The translations under genes were made by a program, and so were the position numbers. A DNA stretch of 63,852 nucleotides, filler included, from Gonapodya sp. JEL0774 (lineage: Eukaryota): the NCBI GenBank assembly GCA_027604505.1. It is 9 parts of 9 records of this genome, joined end to end, with 100 filler letters (N's around TTAATTAATTAA, not from the genome) between each part and the next. Parts side by side here need not be neighbours in the genome. Positions count along the whole stretch, not along the records: positions 7,176 to 14,217 come from JADIIX010000539.1; positions 14,318 to 21,340 come from JADIIX010000540.1; positions 21,441 to 28,462 come from JADIIX010000541.1; 6 more parts are not named here. One strand, given 5' to 3'. The notes below the pieces were generated by a model that was given only the letters and a program-made list of their open reading frames with translations, did no database searches and was not told the DNA's origin. Below, piece after piece: positions 13,240 to 25,009 of the stretch (the first letter of the stretch is position 1; each line of letters starts with the position of its first letter).

Positions 13240-14154
13240 CTATTCATCTGTGTCCAAGCCATCTGTTCCTCCCGAGAACCTGAAACCTTGAGCCCATACA
13301 CTCGTCCCACCGGCGACCGCGACAACGCGCTTATAGTTTCCCTCCCAGCCAAGCGCAAATGCAGCTTTAATGGCTCTGTTTCCATGAGAGTCAAACACAG
13401 CAACGGTGACGTTGACGGAGGATTCTGCGTCCGTGAGCAAGGACAGTTGCTGGCGGCGGCGGGTAGCGTCACCAGGGGAGACATGAGCAACATCCAATGA
13501 TTCAGCTGCACGACGAATGGCGGCAGGACCATTCCAACGGAATGCAGTGGAGGGCACATTGACAACATTGGGCGCGTCCAACGTTCCCCGCCTCTCCAGT
13601 TCCTCCGGCTCCCGCACATCCAGCACTATGAGCTTCAGAGAATCATCGATAATTGTTCCTGGAACTTCCCGAGGGGGATTAGATGCGGACCAGGGGGATG
13701 CAGCAAGGAGTGTGGCAAACTCGGCCGGGGATATTTTGTCAAAGACGTTCGGTACGCCCGAGGGGATAAAAGGAACCACGAACGCAGCAGGAACCTATCA
13801 TAGTACAAGTAAACAGTGAGATCTGCAGGAAACACTGACGATGGCAGGTTTTCTCCCTTCCATTCAGCGGACCTTCACCAAGACCCTGGAATATGTAACT
13901 CACCATCGCAACCGCGCCTACCGGGCCCGCGAAAGCCATGTTGGGCACAACAAGCACACTTGCTATAGAGATAAGTACAGTCCACCAGTACTTCTTGAGG
14001 AACGAGAGGAAGGACGTGTCCTCCGGGAACTCTGAGTGGGTCTGCTCTGACTTCACATCTTCGAGAGAATTGCGATGTGATGAAGAGAGAAGTTGACAGC
14101 CAGAAAGCGAAAGTGAGTACCTGCAACAGTTTTTTGGGATTTTGCTTTTGCCAT
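13240..14154 (-). CDS. Membrane-anchored rhodanese-like protein (3 exons), Asp at the catalytic Cys position
   Basis: MAKAKSQKTVA/DVKSEQ... then a hydrophobic segment (WWTVLISIASVLVVPNMAFAGPVGAVAM/VPAAFVV). Rhodanese motifs IVLDVREPEE, VVNVP, VAVFDSHGNRA and VVAVAGGTSVW follow. Confidence 0.8.
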
Positions 14155-14217
14155 TTGAGGTGGTTTGTATGGAATTTGTAGCTGATCATCACGATGCACG
14201 AGTCGTTTACTTCAACC

Positions 14218-14317
14218 NNNNNNNNNNNNNNNNNNNNNNNNNNNNNNNNNNNNNNNNNNNNTTAATTAATTAANNNNNNNNNNNNNNNNNNNNNNNNNNN
14301 NNNNNNNNNNNNNNNNN
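14218..14317. other. Artificial contig-joining spacer
   Basis: N44-TTAATTAATTAA-N44. Confidence 0.98.
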
Positions 14318-17300
14318 GCGGTCGGCGACGTGGCAGTGGCAAGAGACGGAGCCGGCGAGTCTGTACCGGACGCGCCGGCGCCGGATCCCTCCGCCGCCGG
14401 CCGGTCCAGATTCCCCGACCCGCGTGGGCCGGCCGGCTCGCTCTGCACAGGCGTGGACCTGCACAGGGGACACGCGTTGTTGTACCCCGTGAGCCACTCG
14501 TCGCAGCACGCGGTGTGGAAGGCGTGGCGGCAGGGGAGAACGCGCAGACGGTCGCCGGGGGTGTACGGGGTGATGCAGATGGGACATGAGGTGCCCGTGG
14601 AGGCGAGGAGGTGGGACGTGGGGTGGCGGACGCGGGGGGTGGGAGTGGGAGTCGTGGTGGGGGTGGGATTGACGGCGGTGGTGGGATCGACGTCCAGGTC
14701 CATGGCGTCGACATCGACGTCACCGTCCTGCTCGTCCACGTGCATGTCGTTCTCTTCCTGTTCCTCTTTTGCCCCCCTCCCGCTCTCCTTCTCTTCCTCC
14801 CCAACCTCTTCGACCCAGGTCTCGCCCCCCTCACGCTCCGCTCGCCATACCCACTCCCCACACTTTTCCACATCCTCCTTTTTCGCGTTCCTCGGTTTCG
14901 CGGGTCCCAAGAGGTCCGCCAAGAGCAGCAAAAGCTCGTAGTCCGTGGCCGAAGCAGCGGCGGGGGACCGGGAGCGGGAGCGGGAGCGGGGCGGGGCTGG
15001 TGGGGGGCTCACGCTGCCCGAGGGGCTCAAAGACGGCGGCGCCAAAGAGCCACGCGAGTCGGAGTCGGGCCCGTCCACGTCGATGGGATCGTCGACCGAA
15101 CCCGTGCCCGAATGGACGCTGGCGGGGCGGGAGCTGGTCGGTCCGACGGTGGTGGAGGCGTGGTCGTCTGTCGTCACACTGGATCCGAGTGGGTCGTCCG
15201 TGACGGCGGAGGACAGCGATAGCGGAGTCGCAGCGAGGGCGGCGGTTGTGGTGGCGCTGGCGATGCGGTCCCGCCGCGCGCGCGACCGGTCCCGTGCCTG
15301 GACGAGCTCGTCCATGAGCGGGGTGTGCGGGGTGACGGTGATCTGGGCCGAGGTGGGGTGCAGGTGTGTGTGAAGGGTCAGTACAATGATGGACAATGAA
15401 AACGATACATTGCATCGGTACTCGAAGAAGCACGCAGACAAAGAAACTCACCTGGCCCGTCACAACGTACAACACGTACGACCCCTGCCTCTCACCCGAG
15501 GCCGTGGTTCCCGTGGTTCCCGTGGTGGCCGATGCTGAGCCTGCGGACGCGGGCGCCGAGCCGGGTGGTGACACGGATCCGGCCCCACCCATCCCATCTC
15601 CATCTGCATCACCAGACCGGTGCCCACTCCCACTCCCACTCGCATCGTCCAGTCCCTGTCCCAGACCCACTCCCAATCCCGAACCACCGGTTCCGCCAAC
15701 TCCGTCCTCGGCATCGGCTGAGGCTGCAGTGGTGGTGGTCGTCGCTGTACCCCCGCCCATACCCACGCCCCCCCTCCGCACCCCGATGACCACGATGGGC
15801 ACGTTGCGGAGCACGCCCGGTGGGTGGGATGGGGCAGGGGAGGGGTCGGCGGATGGGGTGTGAGGCGCGGGGCCTTGGCTGGTGGTGGACGGGTCTGCAC
15901 GGGCAGTACCGGCACCGGCACGGGTGCGAAGCAAGCCCTGGGGCAGAGCGAGGCGTAGGGTGGTTGGGACGGGACGGGAGAGCGTTGGAAAATGTGGTGC
16001 GGGTGCGGATGCGGGTGCGGGTGCAGAAGGTCCTGCCACTGGGTCTGTACTGTGTGCATGTGTTTCGGTTCCAAGGGGGGGAACCGTGGCGGTGGTGGTG
16101 GATGCGGAGGACGACACACCCACACCCACACCCACACCCACACCGCTCCCACGGCGAAACAGTGCCCCGAGGATTCGTGTGAGGTGGTTGGGTCGGGTCG
16201 CGGGGACGGGGAGGTGTCCGGGACCGGGACCCGACACCGTCGGTACAGGCGAGGCGGATGCAGACATGGAGGACGTGGCGGGAGCGGGAGCGGGGGCGGA
16301 CATGGTGACGGAAGCGAGGACCGAGAGGAGGGATAAGAGGGTGGTGGTCGCCGGGGTGGTGGTGGTGGGAGGCGCGGACGACACCCCAGCGCCACTCAAA
16401 GACTCGGCCACGGACCCGACTGGCTGGCTGTGTCCGTGCACGTGCACGGCGAGGGGTGCGGTGGTGGACGAACGGGTGGATGAGGGACTGGAACTGGTAC
16501 TGGACCCGCCATGATCGACACCGACACGGACGCCGTCGTGGACTGCACCACGGGGACCGAGTACACCGGCGCCGCCCAGTGGGCCCGCGGCCGCGTGTAC
16601 GATCTCGGCGAACGAGTTGATCGAGGACGAACTGAGAGAGGGGGAGGGGGGGATAGGCGGGGACGGGCGTGTGCCCGTGGCCGTGCCCGTAGCACTGGTG
16701 GGGAGACCCGGTATGGTGGTCGGAGCCTGAGCCGGGTGGGAAGGAAGAGGGGATGGGTCCAAGATGGGAAGGGAGAGGGCAGAGTGGTAGGTTGAGGGGG
16801 GGTCTGGGAACGGGAAGAGCGAGGGAACGGGTCAGTTGGGCGGGTGGAAACACAGAAAGGGATAAGGTGCAGTAACGGAAGTCGCGGTGGGTGACACTTT
16901 TGTCCTCGGTAAAGGTGCAAGGACGACTACGGACTGCACGGGTGTTCATTGTCTCTGGCGGACTCTGCCCGTTGCTGAGGCTTCGGTGGGACCTCGCTCC
17001 GTTCGCATTGCTCACTCCGCTCGGAGCACAAAAACAACACCGTCCAGATGCAACTGGGACAAGGACAAGGACAACGTACCTTGGTGCCCATGCGTGGCGA
17101 GAGTACCCGATCCCGTGTCTGTGTCCATGATGTGGGGCCCACCGATCGCAGTAGGAATGTGCACGTCCCTGTCCGAGTCCTGATGATCGCGGACGGTCTG
17201 CAGGGGCTGGCGTCCACGCAGGTCGTCGGGGAGTCCGTCGTGGATGTTGAGGTCCTGAACCGAGGGGAAGTAGTCGGGCACACCAGAGGAAGAGGAGGAG

Positions 17301-17788
17301 GAGGTGACGGAGAAGGAGTCGGAGGGAGTGGGACTGGCCGGGATTGGAGTCAGAGGGAGGGGCGAGGCGGAGCGACAGGTGAGGCAGGCAACACTGGCAG
17401 AAGCGGTGTGGTGGTCATGAGCGGTGGCACCGGTGTAAGAGGAACTTTGCGCATCATCGGGCGAGAGAGTGTTGACTCTGAGCGATGACCTTATCGAGTT
17501 GTTCCTTGCATGTGCGCCTCTCATCGAATGGACCCTGGGTCTGTTGGAAGGGGAAGAGCGGCGGTAAGGGGAGTTGTGGGCGGAGGAGCGGGAGCGTGAA
17601 CGGGGAGTGGATGAGTGTGGTGGGGGTGATGGAGATGGGAGTGCAGGGGGGGTTGGGTGTGGGAGAGAAGGAGAAGGGAGCGCACTGATAGGGGGAGAGT
17701 GCGAAGTCAAGGCATCAGGTGTTGCCTGCGAATGGAGTGGGTGAGGAGGAGAGTTGGGGTGATGTACGATTGAAGTTGCATTTCCCAT
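14318..17788 (-). CDS. RING-H2 E3 ubiquitin ligase (exons ~17788-17080, 16803-15452, 15342-<14318), 3'-truncated
   Basis: CPICITPYTPGDRLRVLPCRHAFHTACCDEWLTGYNNACPLCR is a RING-H2, preceded by the YELLLLLADLLGPAKP motif typical of this fungal family. Introns GTACGT..CAG and GTGAGT..CAG are phase-compatible. N-terminus is MGNATS. Confidence 0.85.
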
Positions 17789-18551
17789 GTGGAGGTTGAG
17801 AGAGTAACAGGGTTTGTGCGAGGGCAGGAAGGAGACTTGACCGGGAGTTGACTTCATTGGAGTTTGAATGAGAGTTGAGTTGGAGTTGAGTTTGAGTTGA
17901 GGTGAAGACAAAGTGATCGGCGATGTGTTTGAGAGAAGGCGAGTGCAACGTGGGTCAACGGATCACGAGAGGGGGAGCGAGTCAGACAGACAGAAGAAGC
18001 ACACTGGGCGAGGCAAAAAGAGGGCGAGAAACAAGAAAGGGGGAAGGAAGGGGGAAGAAAACCTCACTCGAGAATGCCCGGATGTTTTCTGTTAAAAGGG
18101 CGAGTACGCGAAGCTGCGAATGCATCCTGCCCATGACTGTGCCACTTACGTACCAGAGCTATGACCCAGCCTTAGCAAACCACACCATATCCAGGTTCTA
18201 CCGCTCTTGCTTATTTCTACTCATAGTTTTGATTGAATTCATATCTAGTTGTACTGCTTATTGTCGCCGATCCCCCGTCCCATTCCTTCCACACGACGTG
18301 TCCGTCCTCATGGTCGTGCCACCTGTCGTCTGATGCATTACACATATATTGCGTCAATGACATCCGTGCCTGCCTCGAGTGAGCGGTGTTATTCCACTGC
18401 GATATGTAGTCCGTGTAAACAATGCCCTAGCAAGAAAACTTCTCTTACGAAAGCCAAACACGTGACCGAGCGGAGCACGGCGGGCCAGTAAGGCCATGTA
18501 CCGCATCACGCATCATACATCCCCCCCATCACAAAGTTCTCCACCCAAAAA

Positions 18552-19067
18552 ATGTCCTACCCCATCGACACCACCGCAACAACCTCTGCCTCGGCCTCTT
18601 ACACACCACCCGCCCCCGCCGTCCTCCACGACGTGTCCCTCGACCAGGTCAAACAGATCGAGGAGCAGGAGAGAGAGCTGAGGGTCAGGGAAGCTGGTGC
18701 AGGAGCGAGGTGCGTCATGTAGCGAATGGGACGTTGGTGGAGGGCAAAGTGCGGGGTCGAGCGGGCCAGGAGTGGCGGGCCGGGGAGATCACGATTCACA
18801 GTGACGTCATCCCAGCTCCGGCCCCTTTCCACACCACACTCACTCGCCCCCAACAACCCACCCCACAGCGCCGGTCTCCCCACCCACACCACCTCCACCT
18901 CCACCACCACTCCATCCGTCCAAGCCCAAGAAGACCTCGCAAGGCAGGAGAAACTCAAGGCCCAGTCCCACGCCCTCATCGACCCGACGAGCTCGGCCAA
19001 GCAGGCCATCGACGCGGCACACCAGGTCGCCCAGGCTGTCAAAGAGGCGGTCCAGCGGGTGGAGTAA
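18552..19067 (+). CDS. Small hypothetical helical/coiled-coil protein (~120 aa, 2 exons)
   Basis: ATG at 18552 in an AAAA context. Phase-2 intron 18710-18868 (GTGCGT..CAG) joins MSYPID..AGAGA to AGLPTHT..AVKEAVQRVE*. Confidence 0.6.
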
Positions 19068-19667
19068 TGGGGAGGGGTGCCGTGCGGGAGGTCGGGTGAG
19101 GGGGATTAAGGGCCGGAGATGATCGGGAGGAGGGGTGACGGGTGAAGGGAGACCGAATGGGTTGACTTGTGTTGTTTTGGGCAATGTGTAGAGCGGGGTT
19201 CACTTGTTCCATACGTGCGCCGATCAAGAAAGAAACAGGACGTCCGTGGTCTCTTTATGCTTTTCTCGCCCATCTCTTGTTTGCCACCTTCCCAATCGTC
19301 ACCTGTCCAGCCCATTCAACAGGTCTCGCTTCTTGCAATAATCCCATCAGTGTCACTGAGATGAACGAGAAACCAACACAGTCTGGATCGAAGTCAACGT
19401 CCGGCGACCGATCCGAGCAAACGAGGAACAACAGGCAGGCACAAGAGGGAGACGGAGAACACACTACATAATGTACTAGTCTGTCTAGGTGCAAAAAATC
19501 TAACGCAAGGATTCGACGTGTACCACCCAAGCGGAGGGTCGCAACGTGGTGTCGTCTTAGTGGTGACGTGGTACCCGCGGCTCAACCCCCTCACCCACCC
19601 CTCAGTCCGATTTTCTCCCCTCTCTCCCACTTCACTTTCCCATCATCCCCCTACCGCCGCCCCACCG

Positions 19668-21340
19668 ATGCTCTCCACCTCCACCCCATCCCCGCTCTCG
19701 ACTGCATCGGACCCGTCCCAGGCTGCGCTGGCGTATGCGTTTTCCCAGGCGTCCGGACACGTGGACGTGACGGTCGGAGTGGCTGGGACGGTTGGGGTAG
19801 GTGTTGGGCAGGAAGGTGGTGTGGGCGGAAGGGCGGAAGAGTACTTTACTGATTGTTATGTTCGGTATGGTGGCCGTGTGGCTCCTCGGTTTTCCATCTT
19901 GTCGGGAGGACAGCCCAAAGATATCACCGTGACCATCAAGGACACCACCCTCGAGGTACATATCGCGGGCGAGATTGCGCCAAGAGTCAGGGGAACGCTG
20001 TATGGGAAGGTGGACTCGTTCGAGAGTTTGTGGTGAGTTGGGGGATGAAGGAAGCGACGGTGACGAAAAGGTGAAGACGAGGCTCAGGCTGGAACGGGAT
20101 CTGTTCTATCTAGGCAAGTCGAGAAGGTACCGGCTTCGGCGAGGAAACTGGTCACGATACATCTGGAGAAACATCCGGGGAACCAAATACCGTGGCCCGT
20201 GGTGATCCGGTCCGGACTGGGATCAGACACCGCGACATCGACATCTCCACCGCCCAACGCACGACCCTTCGTCCCCCCCGACGACCTCATCGCCGATCCT
20301 ACCATCGATCCCCACTCGCTCTTCCTCCTCGCATCCTTCTACGAGGAGGACCGCCTCTTCCCCCTCCCCGACACCCTCCGCATCCTCGCCGCCGCAGCCT
20401 CCCGCGGGTCCACCTACAGCAAGCTCCGCCTCGCCGCGGTGTACCACCTGGGCGCAGGCGACGCAGTCCCGCCTGACCCGCGGCGATCCCACGAGTACTA
20501 CCTCGACGCGGCCCGCGACGGGAGCGGGGTGGCCTGCTACGCGGTGGCGGGGGCCTACCAGAACCCCGCTGCGGACGGGGCGGTGGTGACGGAGGATGGA
20601 CAGCCGGATTTCAAAGAGGCGGTGAGGTGGTTGGATAGGGCCATATTTGGAGTGGAGGATTTGAAGGCCACGAGACCCGACATGTACAAGGACGCGTGCT
20701 TCAGTGCGGGCATCATGTGGTTGCAGGGGGGATACGGTCTCGGAGAAGGGAACGCGAAGATGGCGATAGAGTATTTCAAACATTCGGTGGCGATGGGGTG
20801 AGTTGGATGCAGGCTGTCTTTGTATGGGTTTCTCCGTGTTGGCTTGTGGTACAATTCCTCACTCGTCACCTCGCACGGTACCAATCCGCCCTTCACCAGC
20901 CACCCTCCCTCCTGCTACAATACTGCCGTCATCCTTCTCAACGGCCCTGGCCTCCTGGCCAACGGGTCCGGCGTCTCCCGCAACATCCACCAGGCCGTCC
21001 GGCTCTTCAAGGCCGCCAGATCGTTGGACCCGACCTACACCATGCCCGATGAGCTCGAGCAGCTGGGGGAGAAAGGATTGATGAGGCTCGAGGATTTGGA
21101 TAAGGAATACCCAGACGTGCCCGTGGCGGAGTTGGTGGCAAGGGTCAAGGACGAGGTGGACAGGGGTGTGGTGGCTGGCGCGGCGGGAGTTTTGGCAAAC
21201 AACGGGTACGCGAACGGTCGTCACTCTGTGGAAAGCGGTCGTGGTGTCTCGGTTTCCTCCCCGGAAAAGAAACGCCGGCGGAAACGGAAAGACGTCGTCG
21301 GGGTGGATCCCGGAGCGTGGGCCAACGTCGTGTACTTTGC
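19668..21340 (+). CDS. CS (NudC/p23-like) domain plus Sel1-repeat protein, 3'-truncated
   Basis: CS-domain pattern YAFSQASGHVDVTV..KDITVTIKDTTLEVHI..RGTLYGKVDSFESLW/QVE..VTIHLEK..WPVVIR. Several Sel1-like repeats follow (LAAVYHLG..EYYLDAARDG; FSAGIMWLQGG..AIEYFKHSVAMG; YNTAVILLNG..QAVRLFKAA). Confidence 0.8.
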
Positions 21341-21440
21341 NNNNNNNNNNNNNNNNNNNNNNNNNNNNNNNNNNNNNNNNNNNNTTAATTAATTAANNNN
21401 NNNNNNNNNNNNNNNNNNNNNNNNNNNNNNNNNNNNNNNN
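21341..21440. other. Artificial contig-joining spacer
   Basis: N44-TTAATTAATTAA-N44. Confidence 0.98.
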
Positions 21441-21790
21441 TGACTGGGCTGTCACGGGCTTCGCTGCGCTGATCGGACGGGAAGCGGCACTTTTCCGTGC
21501 ATATGGCCGTAGTTGTATTAAGCACAACGCTTTTTTTTATAATGTAATCTTTATATTTTGAAATATACTTCCAGAGTGTGTCTTCATCTTGAACAACATG
21601 TGACAGCTTGATCATCTTGCTGTTGCGACTACGGATGAAGTTCTTCCTTCGACAGAAATAATTTCAGGCAAGCGGACGCGAGGTATTTCCAAGCACTGGT
21701 CAATCCCTGATCGGGCCTACTTTACACCAAGCCAGGCAATCAGAAACCAGAAACCAAAGCAGTGGAGCGGAAAAGGGCAGCCTCCTCCAT

Positions 21791-24154
21791 ATGACCCCCC
21801 TGGACCTCGATGATCTTCCCATTACCGCACCGGCAATCGGGAGCTGTTCGTTGTGGGTGAAAGCGGAGGGTGCATCACATTGCCCCGTCGTCCTAGGGCA
21901 TGCTAAACCATCATTCTTCCAACAACCTAAGAACATGTCTCGTAATGTTTACTTTCTATATGATTCTTTTCGTCTACTCTGTAACCCTCCTGGTGGTGTT
22001 CCGCCAATCGTACGAGATCACATGTCGAAATTACCCCCTTTTGCTGTTCAGCAGTATCTCCGGATGCGCTTTGGCAGTAAATTGGGCAGTTGGATGTTTG
22101 TATCAAGTTTTGGACGGACAATGAATTGCTGAGAACTCATAATTTTCGGACTGTCACCTGTTCTTGGAAACAAAAGTTGACATGCGGCAGTGGGACTGTA
22201 GAAAAATTCACATCGTTGGTAACTTTTGCAATTTTTGGTGTGAGTTTGCTTATTCACTCTCTCCGAAAAGCTCGTGTCAGTTCCTCATATTTCTGGTACG
22301 AACAGACATCTCCTCGACGATTGGACGGGCAGGTACGAATCCATTGCGATTGTCCCACTCATAAGCACGCCTGTTTCTCAGTCGGTGCTTTAATTAGCCA
22401 CACTCGCCATTCGTCTGTGGGACGGGAGTCGCCGAGTTCAACGAGCGTTGAAGCCAGAGTCGCAGACGTTGACTCGAACGGCCGAAAAGTTCCAGAGACC
22501 CATATCCCGGCGAAGAGCTCTCTTCATCGAGTGGCTTATCACACATAAGTCGTATCTGAGCGAACGCAACATCATTGTGGGAATTGTTGTTGGGTCGCTA
22601 CTGTATGTTTCATTTGGTGCGTGAGCCCGTCGTGGAGCTTCTTTCTGTGAGATTGAACAATTTATTCACTTGATATTGGAAAGCTGTGTTTCCTTTTGAG
22701 TGGATCTCTCAGTTTGATGTCTACCGGGATGGGTGCGATCTTAAAGGCGTGGTACGAACGAAGGTGCTCGTACCAGAATGAGTGCTCCCAACTGATGACT
22801 TCACTGAAGATGTGGTTACCCAACTACCTGGCGGCTTTCACATTTGTTGCAGTTGTGGCAGTTCTTGTGTGGGTGCTCTATGATGTGAACGGTGTGTCTT
22901 TTCTACTTGCGGTTTGTGCGACCTTTGTTATGATGGTATTTTCTCAATTGCTGTGATTAGATTCGCATCATATTCGACATGATCTCTTTCTGTCGGTAAG
23001 AGCTTGTAGAGGAATTTGATGGGCCTTCGCTAATCACAATCTCTATTTGAAATATTAGAACGTTATTGGAGCACCTTGTATCCTGGGGAATTACTTGTGG
23101 TGGTCTGACACTATTCCGGCTCGCGCCATCGCAGCGTTCCCATTATCTAATTTTGAAACCTTTTTCATGATACTGGTCTTGTCTCTTGCCGTCACAGCTC
23201 CAGTTTCTACTGTTGCCTGGAGATGGTTCACAGATCGATTGTTATTCGCGAGAAGAACTCCCTCCTTCGAGAATGAACTCTCGCAAAAGGCCGCGGACTT
23301 TCATAGCGCATTGAAATTGAATAAGGACAGAGCTTTATTCGAAGAACTGAAGGTTTTCGCCATCAAAGAGTTTTGTGTGGAGGTGCGTCTCCTGTCGGTA
23401 GCTAAGCCGTACTGTTTAACTGAAGAGCGATAACCTTGCAATCTACCATGGGAATCTATTTCTGCCGGCATCCAAACAGTTGGTGGTGAGGTTCGACTCC
23501 TACGTTCAGTCACAAAGAACTCTATTGATTGCCGCTTGGCTGCTTCTTAGCTCTTCATCGAAGCTCATCACGATTTTGTGCGCGACGCCATAAAAAGAGA
23601 ACCAAACATCATAGTTCCAACCAACCAACGTGAGTAACGATCCTTGTTAAGCATCGGGGGGATGAACAACCGCTTCAAAGATATTTCATTTCATACTATA
23701 TCGCATGAAGCCGAACCACCACCAGTCAGCTCTCCTGTAATCTCGAGCTCAAGTTTCTCACCAAAACTGGCTCCAGTATGGGTCGAACATATGGATCAGC
23801 ACACTTCAACTCTGTTGGGGAACAACAACCCGATATCACTTCCCTCCATAACTTCACCCGAGACAATAAAAGAATGCGACTGGATTGTCTCTGAATTCGT
23901 TTCACAAGGGGCGCCCAACGAATTGAACATCAACTTTTTGACACGGAGAGCCATTATCGAGACTGTAACTAACATGATTTCTTGCGCTTTGCTAAACGAG
24001 CCACGTGATCTGACTGCAATACAAACCTCGTCGTTCCTTCCAGGTCAAATCGCGGAGGTTCTCCGTTAGCGTGTTCGATGTGGTCAGAGCAGAAATCGTC
24101 ACTTTGCTCTATGAAAATGCATGGCCCAAATTCCTTGCGTCATCGAAAACCTAG
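21791..24154 (+). CDS. 7TM-RGS receptor (GprK/AtRGS1-like architecture), paralog 1, many exons
   Basis: N-terminal TM helices (..LLVVFRQSYEITCRNYPLLL..), then RGS motifs LFEELKVFAIKEFCVE, IVSEFVSQGAPNELNI and VFDVVRAEIVTLLYENAWPKFL. Confidence 0.85.
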
Positions 24155-25009
24155 AAACGAAAGGGTTGAGCAATATGCATCCCTGTAACGCCGAAAATGA
24201 ATTTGTTCAATTCCAACCCTATCTGGTGCGCACCGGGTTCTTGCTCCTGACCTTCATCAGCGTTAGGGAGTTCAACCTGAGATGACACTGTCACAATTGA
24301 CCGCACAATGAGCGTTAGGGTAGCAGAATATCGCATCCCCACTTCTTTACTTGGCGCAGCATATTTCAAGTATTGTGGAACCTCTCTTTCAAATGAGGAC
24401 TTCCGCCTTTTGTATTTCCATAACGAGAAGAATATTACTTTTGTGTCAGGAAAAGCAGACATCAAGACTGCACGCTCTGGCACCATTGCGTCTCGCCATA
24501 CAAGTATAACCTTCATCAAGTTGAATTGCGATCGATTCACATAAGCATTTTCCACATGGTCAGGGCAACATTCATAAGCCCGCCGCTCTACCAAAACGGG
24601 AAAATGCGGGGCCGATATTTCGCGCAGCGTCGCCAGGTTAGAAAGACAGAGTATCGAGCGGCATAAGAGAGCTTTATTTATAGCCCTTAGATTCAAAGGG
24701 CGAAATACTGATGTAATGAGTATTACATTGGTCGGGAGTCACTTCTGAAACGCTTGTAGTTTTCAAGATAAAGTAATTGTTCAGCATGCAAGTACGTCCT
24801 CTGGTGCCGGAGGTTTCTCACGCATGCGGTATTGATGAGTCAGAACTCTAGTACTCAAACAAGGATTAGGTAATCATAATCGAAGTTCTCAGCTTAAGTA
24901 AATATTTAGAGCGCTCCTTCGCTGATCCATGCCCTGAGCGATGACGATAGAACCTCACCGATCGACGGATCCCGAACTACCTTCACTGAAGAGCGCCGTG
25001 CTCGTTGTA

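Noticed and set aside
13385..13400. Selenocysteine at the rhodanese active site
   Set aside because: The TGA there is out of frame (TTT GAC). The codon is Asp.
14330..17488. Many long overlapping antisense or alternative-frame ORFs here and at 2200-3700
   Set aside because: They are shadows of GC-rich low-complexity coding sequence, which is depleted of stop codons.
23486..23505. GGTTCGACTCC as a tRNA T-arm or B-box
   Set aside because: It sits at an intron donor, and no acceptor stem, D-arm or anticodon arm can be built.
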